NCBI GenBank assembly: GCA_011170375.1
Contig: DUEV01000013.1
Location: 6,662 to 70,661, forward strand
From: Dehalococcoidia bacterium
GTDB taxonomy: Bacteria; Chloroflexota; Dehalococcoidia; Dehalococcoidales; Fen-1064
DNA: 64,000 bases
Direction of reading: 5' to 3'
Of this stretch, positions 6,963 through 16,726 are shown one piece after another (the first letter of the stretch is position 1; the number at the start of each line of letters is the position of its first letter). The translations under genes and the position numbers were made by a program. The notes beneath the pieces were generated by a model. That model did not search any database and was not told the origin of the DNA. It was given only the letters and a program-made list of their open reading frames with translations.

Positions 6963-8324
6963 CTATACTTCGATGGTCTGCCATTTTCCCCCGGCAAAGC
7001 GCCACCACATCAGAAGCGCCCGTACACTATAATCTAAAACTGCCCCTATCCAGGCTCCTGGTGCCCCAAGATTCAATACTAATACAAGGAAAGCACCACC
7101 ACCTACACGCATCAACCACATCCCAGCAATGGTAAGCAGGAGCACCCAACGGGTATCTCCAGCTCCCCTAAGACCACCGGACAGAGAATTACTAACAGCC
7201 ATCCCGGGCATAGCGAAAGCCCAGATTTTGAGTCCCATGGCACCAATTCGAATAACCTCAGGATCATCGACAAATATGCCTATCAACTGGCGACTAAATA
7301 TAAATATAATCAGACCGAGGGTGACCATCGTTATCACGCAGTAGCGCTGAATTAAGTAGCCGGCTTTTTTAGCGAGGTCTGGCTTTTTAGCTCCCAAAGA
7401 CTGACCAACCAAGGCGGTAGCTGCAATGCCGAATCCGAAGCTGGGCATGAAGGCAAACTCCTCTACCCTCATTGCCAACGCATGGGCCGCATAAACGGTG
7501 GTACCAAGGCTACTGAGAATTATAGTGTAGATAATAAAAGCTCCCCGCATCTGCAAGCTGTTTGCGAAAGCCGGCAGTCCAATCCTGAGAATACGTTTTA
7601 CTTCAGCCCAATTGAAAACGAGAGCAGAACCTATATCATATTTAAGTATGCCTTTTCCCCTTATAAGAATCACCAACATCAACGCGCCACCGATAAAACT
7701 CGCTATGGCTCTGGCGATACCAGCACCAAGCACTCCCAGGGCAGGTATTACCCAGAAACCATTAATAAGAATATAGGCAAGGGTAGTGCCGAGTACTTCC
7801 ATGATGATTATTACTATCATCGGTGTTCTGGTATCTCCGACACCACGGAAAATGGACTCACCCCCAATGACGATGATAAAAAAGAAAATACCCGGCGCAT
7901 TGGCACGGATATAGTCTTTGCCAATAGCTACCACTTCTGGACGAGCCTGCAAAATCCCCAACAGTTGTTCTGCGAAAAACCACAGAATCAAGGCAAAGAC
8001 GATGCCGAGGATAAATGTCATAAGCATTGCCTGTCCTAAGATGCGGTTGGCATGCTCCGGTTCTTTGGCCCCGGTATGTCGAGCAATAATTGCTGTTGCC
8101 CCAATACCGATACCCATGAAGGCTGTCATAGGCAGGAAGACGACCTGTTCACTCAGACCAACGGCAGCGATAGCTTCCGCACCAAGGTGCCCTATAAAGA
8201 CCATGATTATCATGGAAAGGCTCGTCCAGGTTGCTTCTTGCAGGACTACCGGCCAGGCAAGTCTAAAAACCGTACGCGGAAGACGCTTCTCGTCTAGGTC
8301 TAAGGATATCTCTTGGTTGTTCAA
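6963..8324 (-). CDS. MATE family efflux transporter
   Basis: 453 aa with about 12 TM helices. The N-terminus RLAWPVVLQEATWTSLSMIIMVFIGHLG is typical of NorM/DinF-type MATE transporters. Confidence 0.85.
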   Translation of the reverse strand: MNNQEISLDLDEKRLPRTVFRLAWPVVLQEATWTSLSMIIMVFIGHLGAEAIAAVGLSEQVVFLPMTAFMGIGIGATAIIARHTGAKEPEHANRILGQAMLMTFILGIVFALILWFFAEQLLGILQARPEVVAIGKDYIRANAPGIFFFIIVIGGESIFRGVGDTRTPMIVIIIMEVLGTTLAYILINGFWVIPALGVLGAGIARAIASFIGGALMLVILIRGKGILKYDIGSALVFNWAEVKRILRIGLPAFANSLQMRGAFIIYTIILSSLGTTVYAAHALAMRVEEFAFMPSFGFGIAATALVGQSLGAKKPDLAKKAGYLIQRYCVITMVTLGLIIFIFSRQLIGIFVDDPEVIRIGAMGLKIWAFAMPGMAVSNSLSGGLRGAGDTRWVLLLTIAGMWLMRVGGGAFLVLVLNLGAPGAWIGAVLDYSVRALLMWWRFAGGKWQTIEV

Positions 8325-8456
8325 ATTACTTGAATATATTCTACTAGTTCAATGGGAACACGGGTATATCATCTATCAGGCATCGATTGAGGAAATTTTT
8401 CCTAATCACTAAAAAGGGCCTTATGTTATCTCATCATACAATTCTCTCTAAAGCAA

Positions 8457-10004
8457 TCACGCCTCCCAAACAACCTCCCCACCACTAATCGTCATCTCGA
8501 TACTGATGTCCTTAATCGCCTCGGCATCTACCCTGGTGGGGTCATCGCTCAAGAGCACCATGTCAGCCAGTTTGCCCGGGGTTATTGAGCCTTTAATACC
8601 CTCCTCATGGGAGGCATAGGCAGCATTGGTGGTATACATGGTCAGCGCCTGTTCCGGCGATATCGTCTCGTCCTGCTGAAGATACTGTCCCGAGGCCGTC
8701 TTTCTGGTCACAGCACCGTAAATACCGACGAGCGGATTGTTAGATACTATCGGGGAGTCCGAGCTCCCGGCCACAACCAGCCCGGCATCGAAAAAAGACC
8801 TGATGCAGTAGAGATGGGGTAATGTCTCCTTGGGCACGGTCGCCAGGTACCTTTCCCCGGAGTAATAGAAGAACGGCGGTTGAGTTGCTATGACAACCTG
8901 GAGTCGGCGGAGCCGCTCCAGCAGAGGGGGTGGGCACTCGGCACAGTGCTCGACACGGTGGCGACGGCCCGGCCCCGGTAACTGGGACTGGGCATATTCG
9001 TAGGCAGTGGCCACTGCCTCAACGGTACTGTCCCGAACGGCGTGTATCGCCACCGGGAAGCCACCCTGATGCATCTCCAGGACCATCTGGTTCAACTCCG
9101 GCTGGGGCGGATACAACTGCCCACCGGGACTACTTGGTACAACCTTCAGTCCTCCCAGACGCAGCCGGCTATCACCGGCACCGTAGGCCAGGCCTGCCTC
9201 TCGGAACTGGCTGGCAGCCTCGGGGCCAAACATCATATATACCCGGCTCCTGAACTTAGCGGCGTCAATAAAGCGGCGAAATTTCTGCCAGCGCTGGTAG
9301 TCATTGACCACAGTGGCATCCTGCAGAGAGGTCAGACCCTGCGAGAGATATTGACGGTTCGCCAGCTTCATACCCTCGCCCAACTCTTCTTCGGACCAGG
9401 GAGGCATCACCTGCTCCCTGATAATACCCAGCATCTCGTAGAGAACCCCGTTAGGCTCACCATCAGTCAGGTCACGCTCGATGAGCGCGCCGGGTGGCTC
9501 TGGTGTCTCGCGGTTGATACCGGCCAGTACCAGCGCCCGGCTATTGAGGACACAGGCATGCAGGGAGCGGTGGGAAATCACCACAGGGTGGTCCGGCGCC
9601 ACCTCGTCAATATCCCGACGGTTAAGATGGCGTCTCTCCGCCAGGTAGAACTCGTTGTAGTCGGTGGCCTGAATCCACTGACCCGGGGGGGTCTTCTGTG
9701 CCTGCCAAGCAATTATTTCCTTGATATCAGCAATCGACCTGATAGATGGCGAACTGAGGTCGATGCTGAGCAGCTTTCTGATGAACGAGAAGATGTGGCA
9801 GTGAGCATCGTTAAAACCGGGAACGAGGGTTCTGCCCTGGCAATCAATTACCCTTGTGCCGCTACTCCGAACATCTCCCAACAGGTCATTGCTGCCAACC
9901 AGCCAGACTTTTCCGCCCCTGACAGCCACCAGCTCCGCCTTGGGCTGTACCGGGGCCATCGTTATTACGTTAGCATTTCTGAAAACAAGGTCTGCAGACG
10001 GCAT
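8457..10004 (-). CDS. Amidohydrolase (Amidohydro_3 / metal-dependent hydrolase) family protein
   Basis: MPSADLVFRNANVITM...LVPGFNDAHCHIF is the classic N-terminus and HxH metal motif. Start trimmed to ATG 10002-10004 (AAGGAG upstream). The longer ORF-track N-terminus overlaps nadE on the opposite strand. Confidence 0.8.
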   Translation of the reverse strand: MPSADLVFRNANVITMAPVQPKAELVAVRGGKVWLVGSNDLLGDVRSSGTRVIDCQGRTLVPGFNDAHCHIFSFIRKLLSIDLSSPSIRSIADIKEIIAWQAQKTPPGQWIQATDYNEFYLAERRHLNRRDIDEVAPDHPVVISHRSLHACVLNSRALVLAGINRETPEPPGALIERDLTDGEPNGVLYEMLGIIREQVMPPWSEEELGEGMKLANRQYLSQGLTSLQDATVVNDYQRWQKFRRFIDAAKFRSRVYMMFGPEAASQFREAGLAYGAGDSRLRLGGLKVVPSSPGGQLYPPQPELNQMVLEMHQGGFPVAIHAVRDSTVEAVATAYEYAQSQLPGPGRRHRVEHCAECPPPLLERLRRLQVVIATQPPFFYYSGERYLATVPKETLPHLYCIRSFFDAGLVVAGSSDSPIVSNNPLVGIYGAVTRKTASGQYLQQDETISPEQALTMYTTNAAYASHEEGIKGSITPGKLADMVLLSDDPTRVDAEAIKDISIEMTISGGEVVWEA

Positions 10005-10078
10005 GATACGACCTGCTCCTTTTGACGTTGTGGCTACAGGATAGTATACTACCGACAGCATATTAGGGCAAAGGAGAG

Positions 10079-10807
10079 ATGGACACAGCGCAACTTGTTG
10101 AAAGGCTGGTCGGCTGGATAAAGGACAGGGTTGTCGGTGCAGGCTGTCGCGGGGCGGTACTCGGCCTGAGCGGCGGAGTCGATTCGGCTGTGGTGGCGGT
10201 CTTGTGCCAGCGTGCCTTTCCCGAAAGCACGCTGGTAGTAATGATGCCCTGCCACAGCGTTCCCCAGGACGAGGAGCATGCCCGATTGGTGGCGGATATG
10301 TTTTCCATCCCGACGCGACTAGTTGTACTGGACAATGTTTACGATGCCCTGAGCGAACTTCTGCCTGATGAAAAGAAATCACCGGAGGCAATGCATCTCG
10401 CCAGGTCAAACCTCAAAGTCCGTCTCCGCATGATTACCCTCTATTACCTGGCCAATCAGCTTCTATACCTAGTCGTCGGCTCAAGTAATCGAAGCGAGCT
10501 CGCCGTCGGCTATTTTACCAAGTATGGTGACGGCGGAGTTGATATCCTCCCCCTGGGAAACCTGGTCAAGGCCCAGGTCAGAGAAATGGCCACGTTCCTC
10601 GGTATACCCCGTGAAATTATTGACAAGCCGCCATCGGCCGGACTCTGGCCGGGGCAGACCGATGAAGCCGAGCTGGGCCTCAGCTATGAGGAGATTGACC
10701 GCTACCTGCTCACGGGCGAAGCCAGTGATGAAGTCCGGCAAAAGATCGAGGCCAGAACAGCTTCATACCACCACAAGCGCCAGCCCCCAATACTACCTGA
10801 TTTCTAG
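10079..10807 (+). CDS. nadE: NH3-dependent NAD+ synthetase
   Basis: [14 protein letters not shown]-loop motif. Length of 242 aa and overall NadE-like sequence. Confidence 0.85.
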   Translation: MDTAQLVERLVGWIKDRVVGAGCRGAVLGLSGGVDSAVVAVLCQRAFPESTLVVMMPCHSVPQDEEHARLVADMFSIPTRLVVLDNVYDALSELLPDEKKSPEAMHLARSNLKVRLRMITLYYLANQLLYLVVGSSNRSELAVGYFTKYGDGGVDILPLGNLVKAQVREMATFLGIPREIIDKPPSAGLWPGQTDEAELGLSYEEIDRYLLTGEASDEVRQKIEARTASYHHKRQPPILPDF

Positions 10808-10873
10808 TAAAATCAGGCAGTCCGACTCCGTAATATCCGAGATTTTTTACGACAATTCAGCCCCTAATTATCC

Positions 10874-10902
10874 TTGCTATCGACTAACGTTTATGTTATT
10901 CT
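10874..10902 (+). promoter_or_regulatory. Candidate recA promoter with an overlapping palindrome
   Basis: TTGCTA (10874-10879), 17-nt spacer, TATTCT (10897-10902). The palindrome TAAC-N6-GTTA (10885-10898) overlaps the spacer and the -10. Confidence 0.4.
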
Positions 10903-10916
10903 TATGTCAGGCGAAT

Positions 10917-11948
10917 ATGACCACAGAGAAGGAAAAGGCACTAGAACTAGCCATCGGCCAGATCGAAAAACGGTTTGGTAAAGGCTCAATCATGAAACTG
11001 GGAGAGTCAGCTGGGACATCGCCGACATCGGTGATTTCCAGTGGCTCAATTTCGCTTGACCTGGCCCTGGGAGTGGGTGGTATACCCCGAGGGCGGATTA
11101 TAGAGGTGTTTGGCCCTGAGTCTTCAGGTAAGACCACTCTGGGATACCACATCATCGCTGAGGCACAAAAACAGGGAGGAATCGCAGCCTACGTTGACGT
11201 AGAGCACGCCTTTGACCCTACGTTCTCCGCGAACTGCGGTGTTAACCTCGAAGACATGCTTATCTCCCAGCCGGATACCGGTGAGCAGGCCCTGGAAATC
11301 GCCGAGGCGTTGGTCCGAAGCGGCGCCGTCGATGTTATCGTGGTGGACAGTGTCGCCGCTCTGGTACCCCGGGCCGAGATTGAGGGAGAGATGGGGGATA
11401 CCCAGGTAGCCCTGCAGGCTCGCCTGATGTCACAGGCTTTGAGGAAACTAGCAGCGGCTATCGGCAAGTCAGGCAGCGCGGTGATATTCATCAATCAGTT
11501 GAGAGAAAAGGTCGGCGTCTTCTTTGGCAATCCTGAAGTCACGCCTGGTGGCAGAGCCCTCAAGTTCTACAGCTCGATAAGGATAGAACTGAGGCGGGTG
11601 GAAACCATCAAGCAGGGTGATAAAGCCATCGGCAATCGCGTTCGGGCCCGAATCGTCAAGAACAAGGTTGCCCCACCGTTTCGTACCGCTGGGTTTGACC
11701 TCATGTTTGACCACGGGATAAGCCACGAAGCCGACCTTATTGACCTGGGTGTTGAGCTGGGGCTGGTGAAGAAGAGTGGTGCTTTCTTCTCCTGGGATGA
11801 TACTCGTCTGGGGCAAGGCAGGGAGAATGCCAAGCAGTTCCTTGAGCATAATCCCGGAATTGCCCAGGAGATTGAGAAGCAGGTCAGAGCCTCAGCTATT
11901 ACCATGCCTGGTCCGGTCACAGAAGCTATTCCGGACGAGGTCTCATAA
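10917..11948 (+). CDS. recA: Recombinase RecA
   Basis: [30 protein letters not shown]..., Walker [10 protein letters not shown]. Start trimmed from the ORF-track 10524 (in frame). Confidence 0.97.
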   Translation: MTTEKEKALELAIGQIEKRFGKGSIMKLGESAGTSPTSVISSGSISLDLALGVGGIPRGRIIEVFGPESSGKTTLGYHIIAEAQKQGGIAAYVDVEHAFDPTFSANCGVNLEDMLISQPDTGEQALEIAEALVRSGAVDVIVVDSVAALVPRAEIEGEMGDTQVALQARLMSQALRKLAAAIGKSGSAVIFINQLREKVGVFFGNPEVTPGGRALKFYSSIRIELRRVETIKQGDKAIGNRVRARIVKNKVAPPFRTAGFDLMFDHGISHEADLIDLGVELGLVKKSGAFFSWDDTRLGQGRENAKQFLEHNPGIAQEIEKQVRASAITMPGPVTEAIPDEVS

Positions 11949-11988
11949 AGCCCCCAGACACCAGACAACTAAATAGCTGATAATACGG

Positions 11989-12020
11989 CAGAGCTGAGGC
12001 CTGAGTCTCAGTTCTGTTTT
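11989..12020 (+). terminator. Rho-independent terminator/attenuator between recA and recX
   Basis: CAGAGCTGAG-gcctgagt-CTCAGTTCTG forms a 10-bp stem (one G-U pair) followed by TTTT. Confidence 0.6.
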
Positions 12021-12038
12021 GTGAACGGATGCAGTTTA

Positions 12039-12695
12039 ATGGGCAAGATTACAGCGATTCGCATAGTGAACCGCTCAGGCCAGAATGGCGGTAAGAAAGC
12101 AAATGTGTTCCTTAATGGCCAGCTTGCCTTCACCCTGGAAACAGAGACAGTGGTCAAGCAGGGGCTACAGGTCGGACAGGAATTATCGGCCAACCAGATT
12201 GAGGCACTGACTAAAGAGGGGCATTTTTACCGGTGTATGGTTGCTGCTACGCGTCTCCTCAGCTACAGGCCAAGGAGCGAGTCGGAACTGAGAAAACGCC
12301 TCAATCAGCGCGGTCTTGAAAGCGATATTATCGAAATGGTAATCGACCGCCTGAAAAAGCAGGGCCTGGTAGACGATGTCGCCTTTGCACAGTTCTGGAA
12401 GGAGAACCGAGATACATTCAGCCCACGCAGCCGGTGGTTAACCGGGCTGGAATTGAGAAGACAAGGGGTTGCTGGCGACATCATAAACGCAGTGGTTGAC
12501 GATGTCGATGATAATGATAGTGCCTATCGGGCAGCGTGCAGTCGGGCAAGACGACTGCCCCTGTCGGACTACCAGACCTTCCGTCGACATTTAGGCAGCT
12601 ATCTTAAGAGACGAGGCTTCAGCTACGGAGTAATCGCCGATACCGTGAGGCGTCTCTGGCACGAACTGGGACAAGAACACGACAACTCCTCTTGA
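12039..12695 (+). CDS. recX: Recombination regulator RecX
   Basis: Sits immediately downstream of recA. Shows three-fold helical-repeat sequence (LLSYRPRSESELRKRL...). ATG at 12039; an in-frame GTG at 12021 abuts the terminator. Confidence 0.8.
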   Translation: MGKITAIRIVNRSGQNGGKKANVFLNGQLAFTLETETVVKQGLQVGQELSANQIEALTKEGHFYRCMVAATRLLSYRPRSESELRKRLNQRGLESDIIEMVIDRLKKQGLVDDVAFAQFWKENRDTFSPRSRWLTGLELRRQGVAGDIINAVVDDVDDNDSAYRAACSRARRLPLSDYQTFRRHLGSYLKRRGFSYGVIADTVRRLWHELGQEHDNSS

Positions 12696-12750
12696 GAGAT
12701 CGAGATATAGTAATAAGAAATAATTGTAAGGAAAGCGAGGTGAGGACAGG

Positions 12751-14283
12751 ATGGAAACTGTACTAGTCTACATTTCTAGCTTTATTATAGGCACAGTACT
12801 GGGTGGCGCCATCGTCTTTTTCTGGAGACGTATGGCCATCAACCGCCAGCTCCGGGCAGCCCAGCGAAAGGCAGCCAGAATATTGGCGGAAGCCAGAGTC
12901 GAGAGTAGGGAATTGCTCGACCAAGCCAAGGAAGATGCAGAGAAGGCAAAATCATCCGCCGAGGCAGATTACCGGGAGCGACGCTCGGAGTTACAGCGTC
13001 AAGAGAATCGCCTGCAATCCAAGACAGAGAACCTGGATCGTAAGACCGAAAGCGTTGCGCAACGTGAGCGCGGCCTGGCCAACAGGGAAAAAGCCCTGGA
13101 GACCACAAAGGCCCAGCTTGAAGAGGCCCGGGACAAGCAATTAAAACAACTGGAACTTATCTCAGGAATGTCAAGCGCTGAGGCAAAGGACATCCTGCTC
13201 GAGAGGATGGAATCTGAGATGAACGAGGAAGCCTCACGTCGCCTTCGGGAGTGGGAAACCAAGTTAAAGGCAGAAGCTGACATCAAAGCACAAGAAATTC
13301 TAACACAGACAATACAGCGTAGTGCCTCCGAGGTGGTATCGGAGACCACAGCAGTAAGTGTCCCCCTCCCCAGCGACGAAATGAAGGGCCGCCTCATCGG
13401 GCGCGAAGGACGCAATATACGGGCATTGGAGCAGGCTACAGGGGTGGACCTGATTGTTGACGACACTCCAGAAGCGGTGACCCTCTCCAGCTTCGACCCA
13501 GTACGGAGAGAAGTGGCTCGTAATGCCCTGACCAAGCTCATTCTCGATGGCCGTATCCACCCTGCCCGCATTGAAGAGGTGGTGAAGAAGGCCGAGGAAG
13601 AGGTCGAAGCCGAAATCATCAACGCCGGAGAGCAGGCAGCTTACCAGGTTGGTGTGCACGGACTGCGCCCCGAACTAATCAAACTGCTCGGTCGCCTCAA
13701 ATACCGCACCAGTTACGGCCAGAATGTGCTGGCACATAGTATTGAAGTCGCCTTCATGTCAGGGATGATTGCTTCAGAGCTGGGAGCCAACCCGGCTACT
13801 GCCAAGAAAGCCGGCCTGCTCCATGACATTGGTAAGGCGGTTGACCGCGAGGTGGAGGGCACCCACGCTGCCATCGGGGCTGACCTTGTTAAACAATGGG
13901 AGAAGTCTCCCGAAGTAGTCCAGGGCATCGCTGAGCACCACCTCGAGACATCCGATGTTAGTATCTGGGGTTTCATCGTCGCCGCAGCCGACGCCATCAG
14001 CAGCGCCCGGCCAGGAGCCAGGCGGGAGTCGTTGGAGAGCTACCTGAAGCGACTGAGAGCATTGGAAGACATCGCTAACGGCTTCCCGGGCGTGGACAAA
14101 TCCTATGCCATCCAGGCAGGCCGGGAGATCCGCATCCTGGTCAAACCGGAAGAGATTGATGATCTGGGAGGCATGAGACTTGCCCGGGACATCGTTAAAA
14201 AGATAGAGGAAGGACTGGAATACCCCGGTCAGATTAAGGTAACCGTGCTCAGAGAGACACGGGCAGTAGATTACGCCAAGTAA
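12751..14283 (+). CDS. rny: Ribonuclease Y
   Basis: N-terminal TM helix, long coiled coil, KH domain ([15 protein letters not shown]) and HD domain (LLHDIGKA). Confidence 0.95.
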   Translation: METVLVYISSFIIGTVLGGAIVFFWRRMAINRQLRAAQRKAARILAEARVESRELLDQAKEDAEKAKSSAEADYRERRSELQRQENRLQSKTENLDRKTESVAQRERGLANREKALETTKAQLEEARDKQLKQLELISGMSSAEAKDILLERMESEMNEEASRRLREWETKLKAEADIKAQEILTQTIQRSASEVVSETTAVSVPLPSDEMKGRLIGREGRNIRALEQATGVDLIVDDTPEAVTLSSFDPVRREVARNALTKLILDGRIHPARIEEVVKKAEEEVEAEIINAGEQAAYQVGVHGLRPELIKLLGRLKYRTSYGQNVLAHSIEVAFMSGMIASELGANPATAKKAGLLHDIGKAVDREVEGTHAAIGADLVKQWEKSPEVVQGIAEHHLETSDVSIWGFIVAAADAISSARPGARRESLESYLKRLRALEDIANGFPGVDKSYAIQAGREIRILVKPEEIDDLGGMRLARDIVKKIEEGLEYPGQIKVTVLRETRAVDYAK

Positions 14284-14351
14284 CTGGAGGACATTACCGG
14301 GAGGAGCAAACAAGCCTTTTAGGCGACCTCCCCACCTGGATGCGAGGGGCG

Positions 14352-15116
14352 ATGATAATACTGGCAATTGGTGACGTAATTGGCAAGCCAGGGAGGCGGG
14401 CAGTCAGTACACTCCTGCCTGACCTGCGGGAAACGTACCACCCTGACCTGGTTGTCGTTAACGCCGAGAATGCCGCTGGCGGACTGGGCACAACCCCGAG
14501 TACAGCCCAGGAGTTGCTTGACGCCGGTGCTGACGTTCTCACATCGGGCAATCACATATGGACCCACAAAGAGATAGTCCCGTATCTTGATAGTGACATG
14601 CCCGTCCTGCGACCACTGAACTACCCACCAGGCGTCCCCGGCCGCGGCTACCTCATCAATCAGGCTATGGTGGTCAACCTGATAGGCAGGACATTCATAG
14701 GCAACTACGATTGCCCGTTCCGGGCGATGGACCAGTTGCTCAGCGAGTTCGAGGACAGGCCACCGGTGGTTATTGTCGATTTCCATGCCGAAGCGACTTC
14801 GGAAAAGATGGCGATGGGACACTACCTGGACGGCCGGGTCAGTGCCGTGCTGGGCACACACACGCATGTTGGAACGATTGATGCCCGGATACTACCCGGC
14901 GGGACCGCCTACGTCACCGACATCGGTATGACAGGACCGACAGACTCTATCATTGGCGATGATGCTGAGGCAGTGTTGGAACGCTTTCTGACAATGATGC
15001 CCAATCATCTATCGGTGGGGAAGGGAAAGACAGTGCTCGACGCAATCCTGGTAACGGTCGATGACGCCAGCGGTAAAGCAACCGGAATTGAGCGAATCAG
15101 CCGGGAGGTAAACTAA
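14352..15116 (+). CDS. TIGR00282-family metallophosphoesterase (YmdB-like)
   Basis: MIILAIGDVIGKPGR...VVVNAENAAGG...DFHAEATSEK motifs. The rny-ymdB synteny is conserved. Alternative ATG at 14340. Confidence 0.85.
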   Translation: MIILAIGDVIGKPGRRAVSTLLPDLRETYHPDLVVVNAENAAGGLGTTPSTAQELLDAGADVLTSGNHIWTHKEIVPYLDSDMPVLRPLNYPPGVPGRGYLINQAMVVNLIGRTFIGNYDCPFRAMDQLLSEFEDRPPVVIVDFHAEATSEKMAMGHYLDGRVSAVLGTHTHVGTIDARILPGGTAYVTDIGMTGPTDSIIGDDAEAVLERFLTMMPNHLSVGKGKTVLDAILVTVDDASGKATGIERISREVN

Positions 15117-15967
15117 TGCTCCGTGTAGACCTCCACCTGCATTCTACCGCATCCGATGGTCGCTTCAGTCCGGCTGAACTCATCCATAAAGCCGTGGACG
15201 AGGGGCTGACTGTGATTTCCCTTACGGACCACGATACCGTAGATGGTGTGGCCCCGGCACTGGAAGCCGCCCGGGCATTCCCTCAACTCAGGTTGATACC
15301 GGGTGTTGAAATCAGCACTTATATCTCCGAGGGCGAGGTACATATTCTGGGGTATTTCATAGACTACATCGACGGTAGCCTGCAGGCCTCCCTGGAGCAG
15401 ATGCGTAATTCCCGGTGGGAGCGCGCCCAAAAAATGGTAGCCAAGCTAAATAAACTAGGCTGCCCGATTGAGTGGGAACGTGTCCAGGAGATTGCCGGGA
15501 GCGGTGCCATTGGTCGCCCCCACATTGCCCAGGCCTTAATAGAAAAAGGCTATATCGAGTCGTTCAAAGAGGCCTTCACAAAGTATATAGGTCGGGATGG
15601 GCCAGCCTATGTTGAACGATATAAAATAACTCCTGCCGGAGCCGTAGAATTGGTAATCCAGGCCAAAGGACTGCCGGTATTGGCACACCCGTTGACAGTA
15701 CCTGAGCCGGAACGGATAGCTACTGAGTTGAAAGCGGTCGGCCTGATTGGCATTGAAGCCTACTACGCGGCCTATACTGCTGAGGACGTCGAGAGGCTGG
15801 TGAGCATGGCTAACCGGCACAGTCTGATTACCACCGGCGGCACCGATTTCCATGGCCTCGATAATAATGTGGAGATGTCGATTGGTGGGGTGGATATCCC
15901 TGAAGAATCACTAAAGAATCTTCTAGCCCTGGCACGGCAAGCAAGGCTGAAGCCAGCCAGCACGTAA
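15116..15967 (+). CDS. PHP-domain phosphoesterase (TrpH/YciV-like)
   Basis: VDLHLHSTASDG...LTDHDTVDG PHP motifs. The start overlaps the upstream stop (TAATG). Confidence 0.85.
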   Translation: MLRVDLHLHSTASDGRFSPAELIHKAVDEGLTVISLTDHDTVDGVAPALEAARAFPQLRLIPGVEISTYISEGEVHILGYFIDYIDGSLQASLEQMRNSRWERAQKMVAKLNKLGCPIEWERVQEIAGSGAIGRPHIAQALIEKGYIESFKEAFTKYIGRDGPAYVERYKITPAGAVELVIQAKGLPVLAHPLTVPEPERIATELKAVGLIGIEAYYAAYTAEDVERLVSMANRHSLITTGGTDFHGLDNNVEMSIGGVDIPEESLKNLLALARQARLKPAST

Positions 15968-15982
15968 CTAAAAGGAGATCCC

Positions 15983-16693
15983 TTGAACGTCCAGTTCATA
16001 CTATTGATAATAGGTTCCTACCTTCTCGGTTCGGTACCGGCCGCCTATTTGGCAGTTAAATGGGCTCGTGGTGTCGACATCCGTAAGCAAGGCACCGGCA
16101 ACGTTGGCGCTGCTAACGTGCTCAGCACAGGACCCAAATGGTTGGCGGTTCCGGTAGCCCTCTTCGATATCGGTAAGGGGGCCTTCTGTGTCTGGGTAGC
16201 CCAGTTGCTTGACCTCGGTGTCGCCCAGCAGGTTACGGCCGGCCTCTGTGCTATTGTCGGTCACAACTGGCCGGTATTCCTCAGCTTTCGCGGGGGACGT
16301 GGTGTCTTTGCCTCCCTGGGGTTTATCACTATACTTTCACCACTATTGGGGTTATATACCCTGGTAATGCCGTATCTGTTTGCCCCATTCCGACTGGTCG
16401 CTTTAGGTGTATTCTTTGCCTATATTTCAGTGCCCACCCTGGCCTGGTTCCTCAGCGAACCTCTGGGCATATCAGAAAGGCTAACAGTTACACTGGGCTT
16501 CGTAGCGATGTCACTAATCGGACTTTCCAAGAGGTTGCTGGTCCCGAGGTCTGCTCTCGGTAAATCGCTACCGCTTGGTGAGTTGGTGATTAATCGATTG
16601 CTTTTCGACCGTGACATTGCTGACCGTAAAGTCTGGGTATACCGGTCCTCATCATCAACAGATACAGCCAACCCACCCGCGAATGAACAGTAG
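15983..16693 (+). CDS. plsY: Glycerol-3-phosphate acyltransferase PlsY
   Basis: GSYLLGSVPAAYL...GTGNVGAANV signature and multiple TM helices. TTG start. Confidence 0.85.
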   Translation: MNVQFILLIIGSYLLGSVPAAYLAVKWARGVDIRKQGTGNVGAANVLSTGPKWLAVPVALFDIGKGAFCVWVAQLLDLGVAQQVTAGLCAIVGHNWPVFLSFRGGRGVFASLGFITILSPLLGLYTLVMPYLFAPFRLVALGVFFAYISVPTLAWFLSEPLGISERLTVTLGFVAMSLIGLSKRLLVPRSALGKSLPLGELVINRLLFDRDIADRKVWVYRSSSSTDTANPPANEQ

Positions 16694-16726
16694 GAATAGA
16701 AACAGCCAGACTACCTGGTATCCAAC

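Noticed and set aside
8389-8402. Small palindrome AGGAAA-tt-TTTCCT between the amidohydrolase and MATE genes
   Set aside because: It is AT-rich and short, with no T-run and no second copy seen. It is likely to be chance in an AT-rich spacer.
10005-10409. 135-codon N-terminal extension of the amidohydrolase ORF (track ORF 8457-10409)
   Set aside because: The extension is Pro/Arg-rich, overlaps nadE on the opposite strand and precedes a well-placed ATG with AAGGAG. The family N-terminus (MPSADLVFRNANV) begins at 10004.
10524-10916. In-frame upstream extension of recA (track ORF 10524-11948)
   Set aside because: It overlaps the 3' half of nadE in another frame. The canonical RecA N-terminus starts at 10917.
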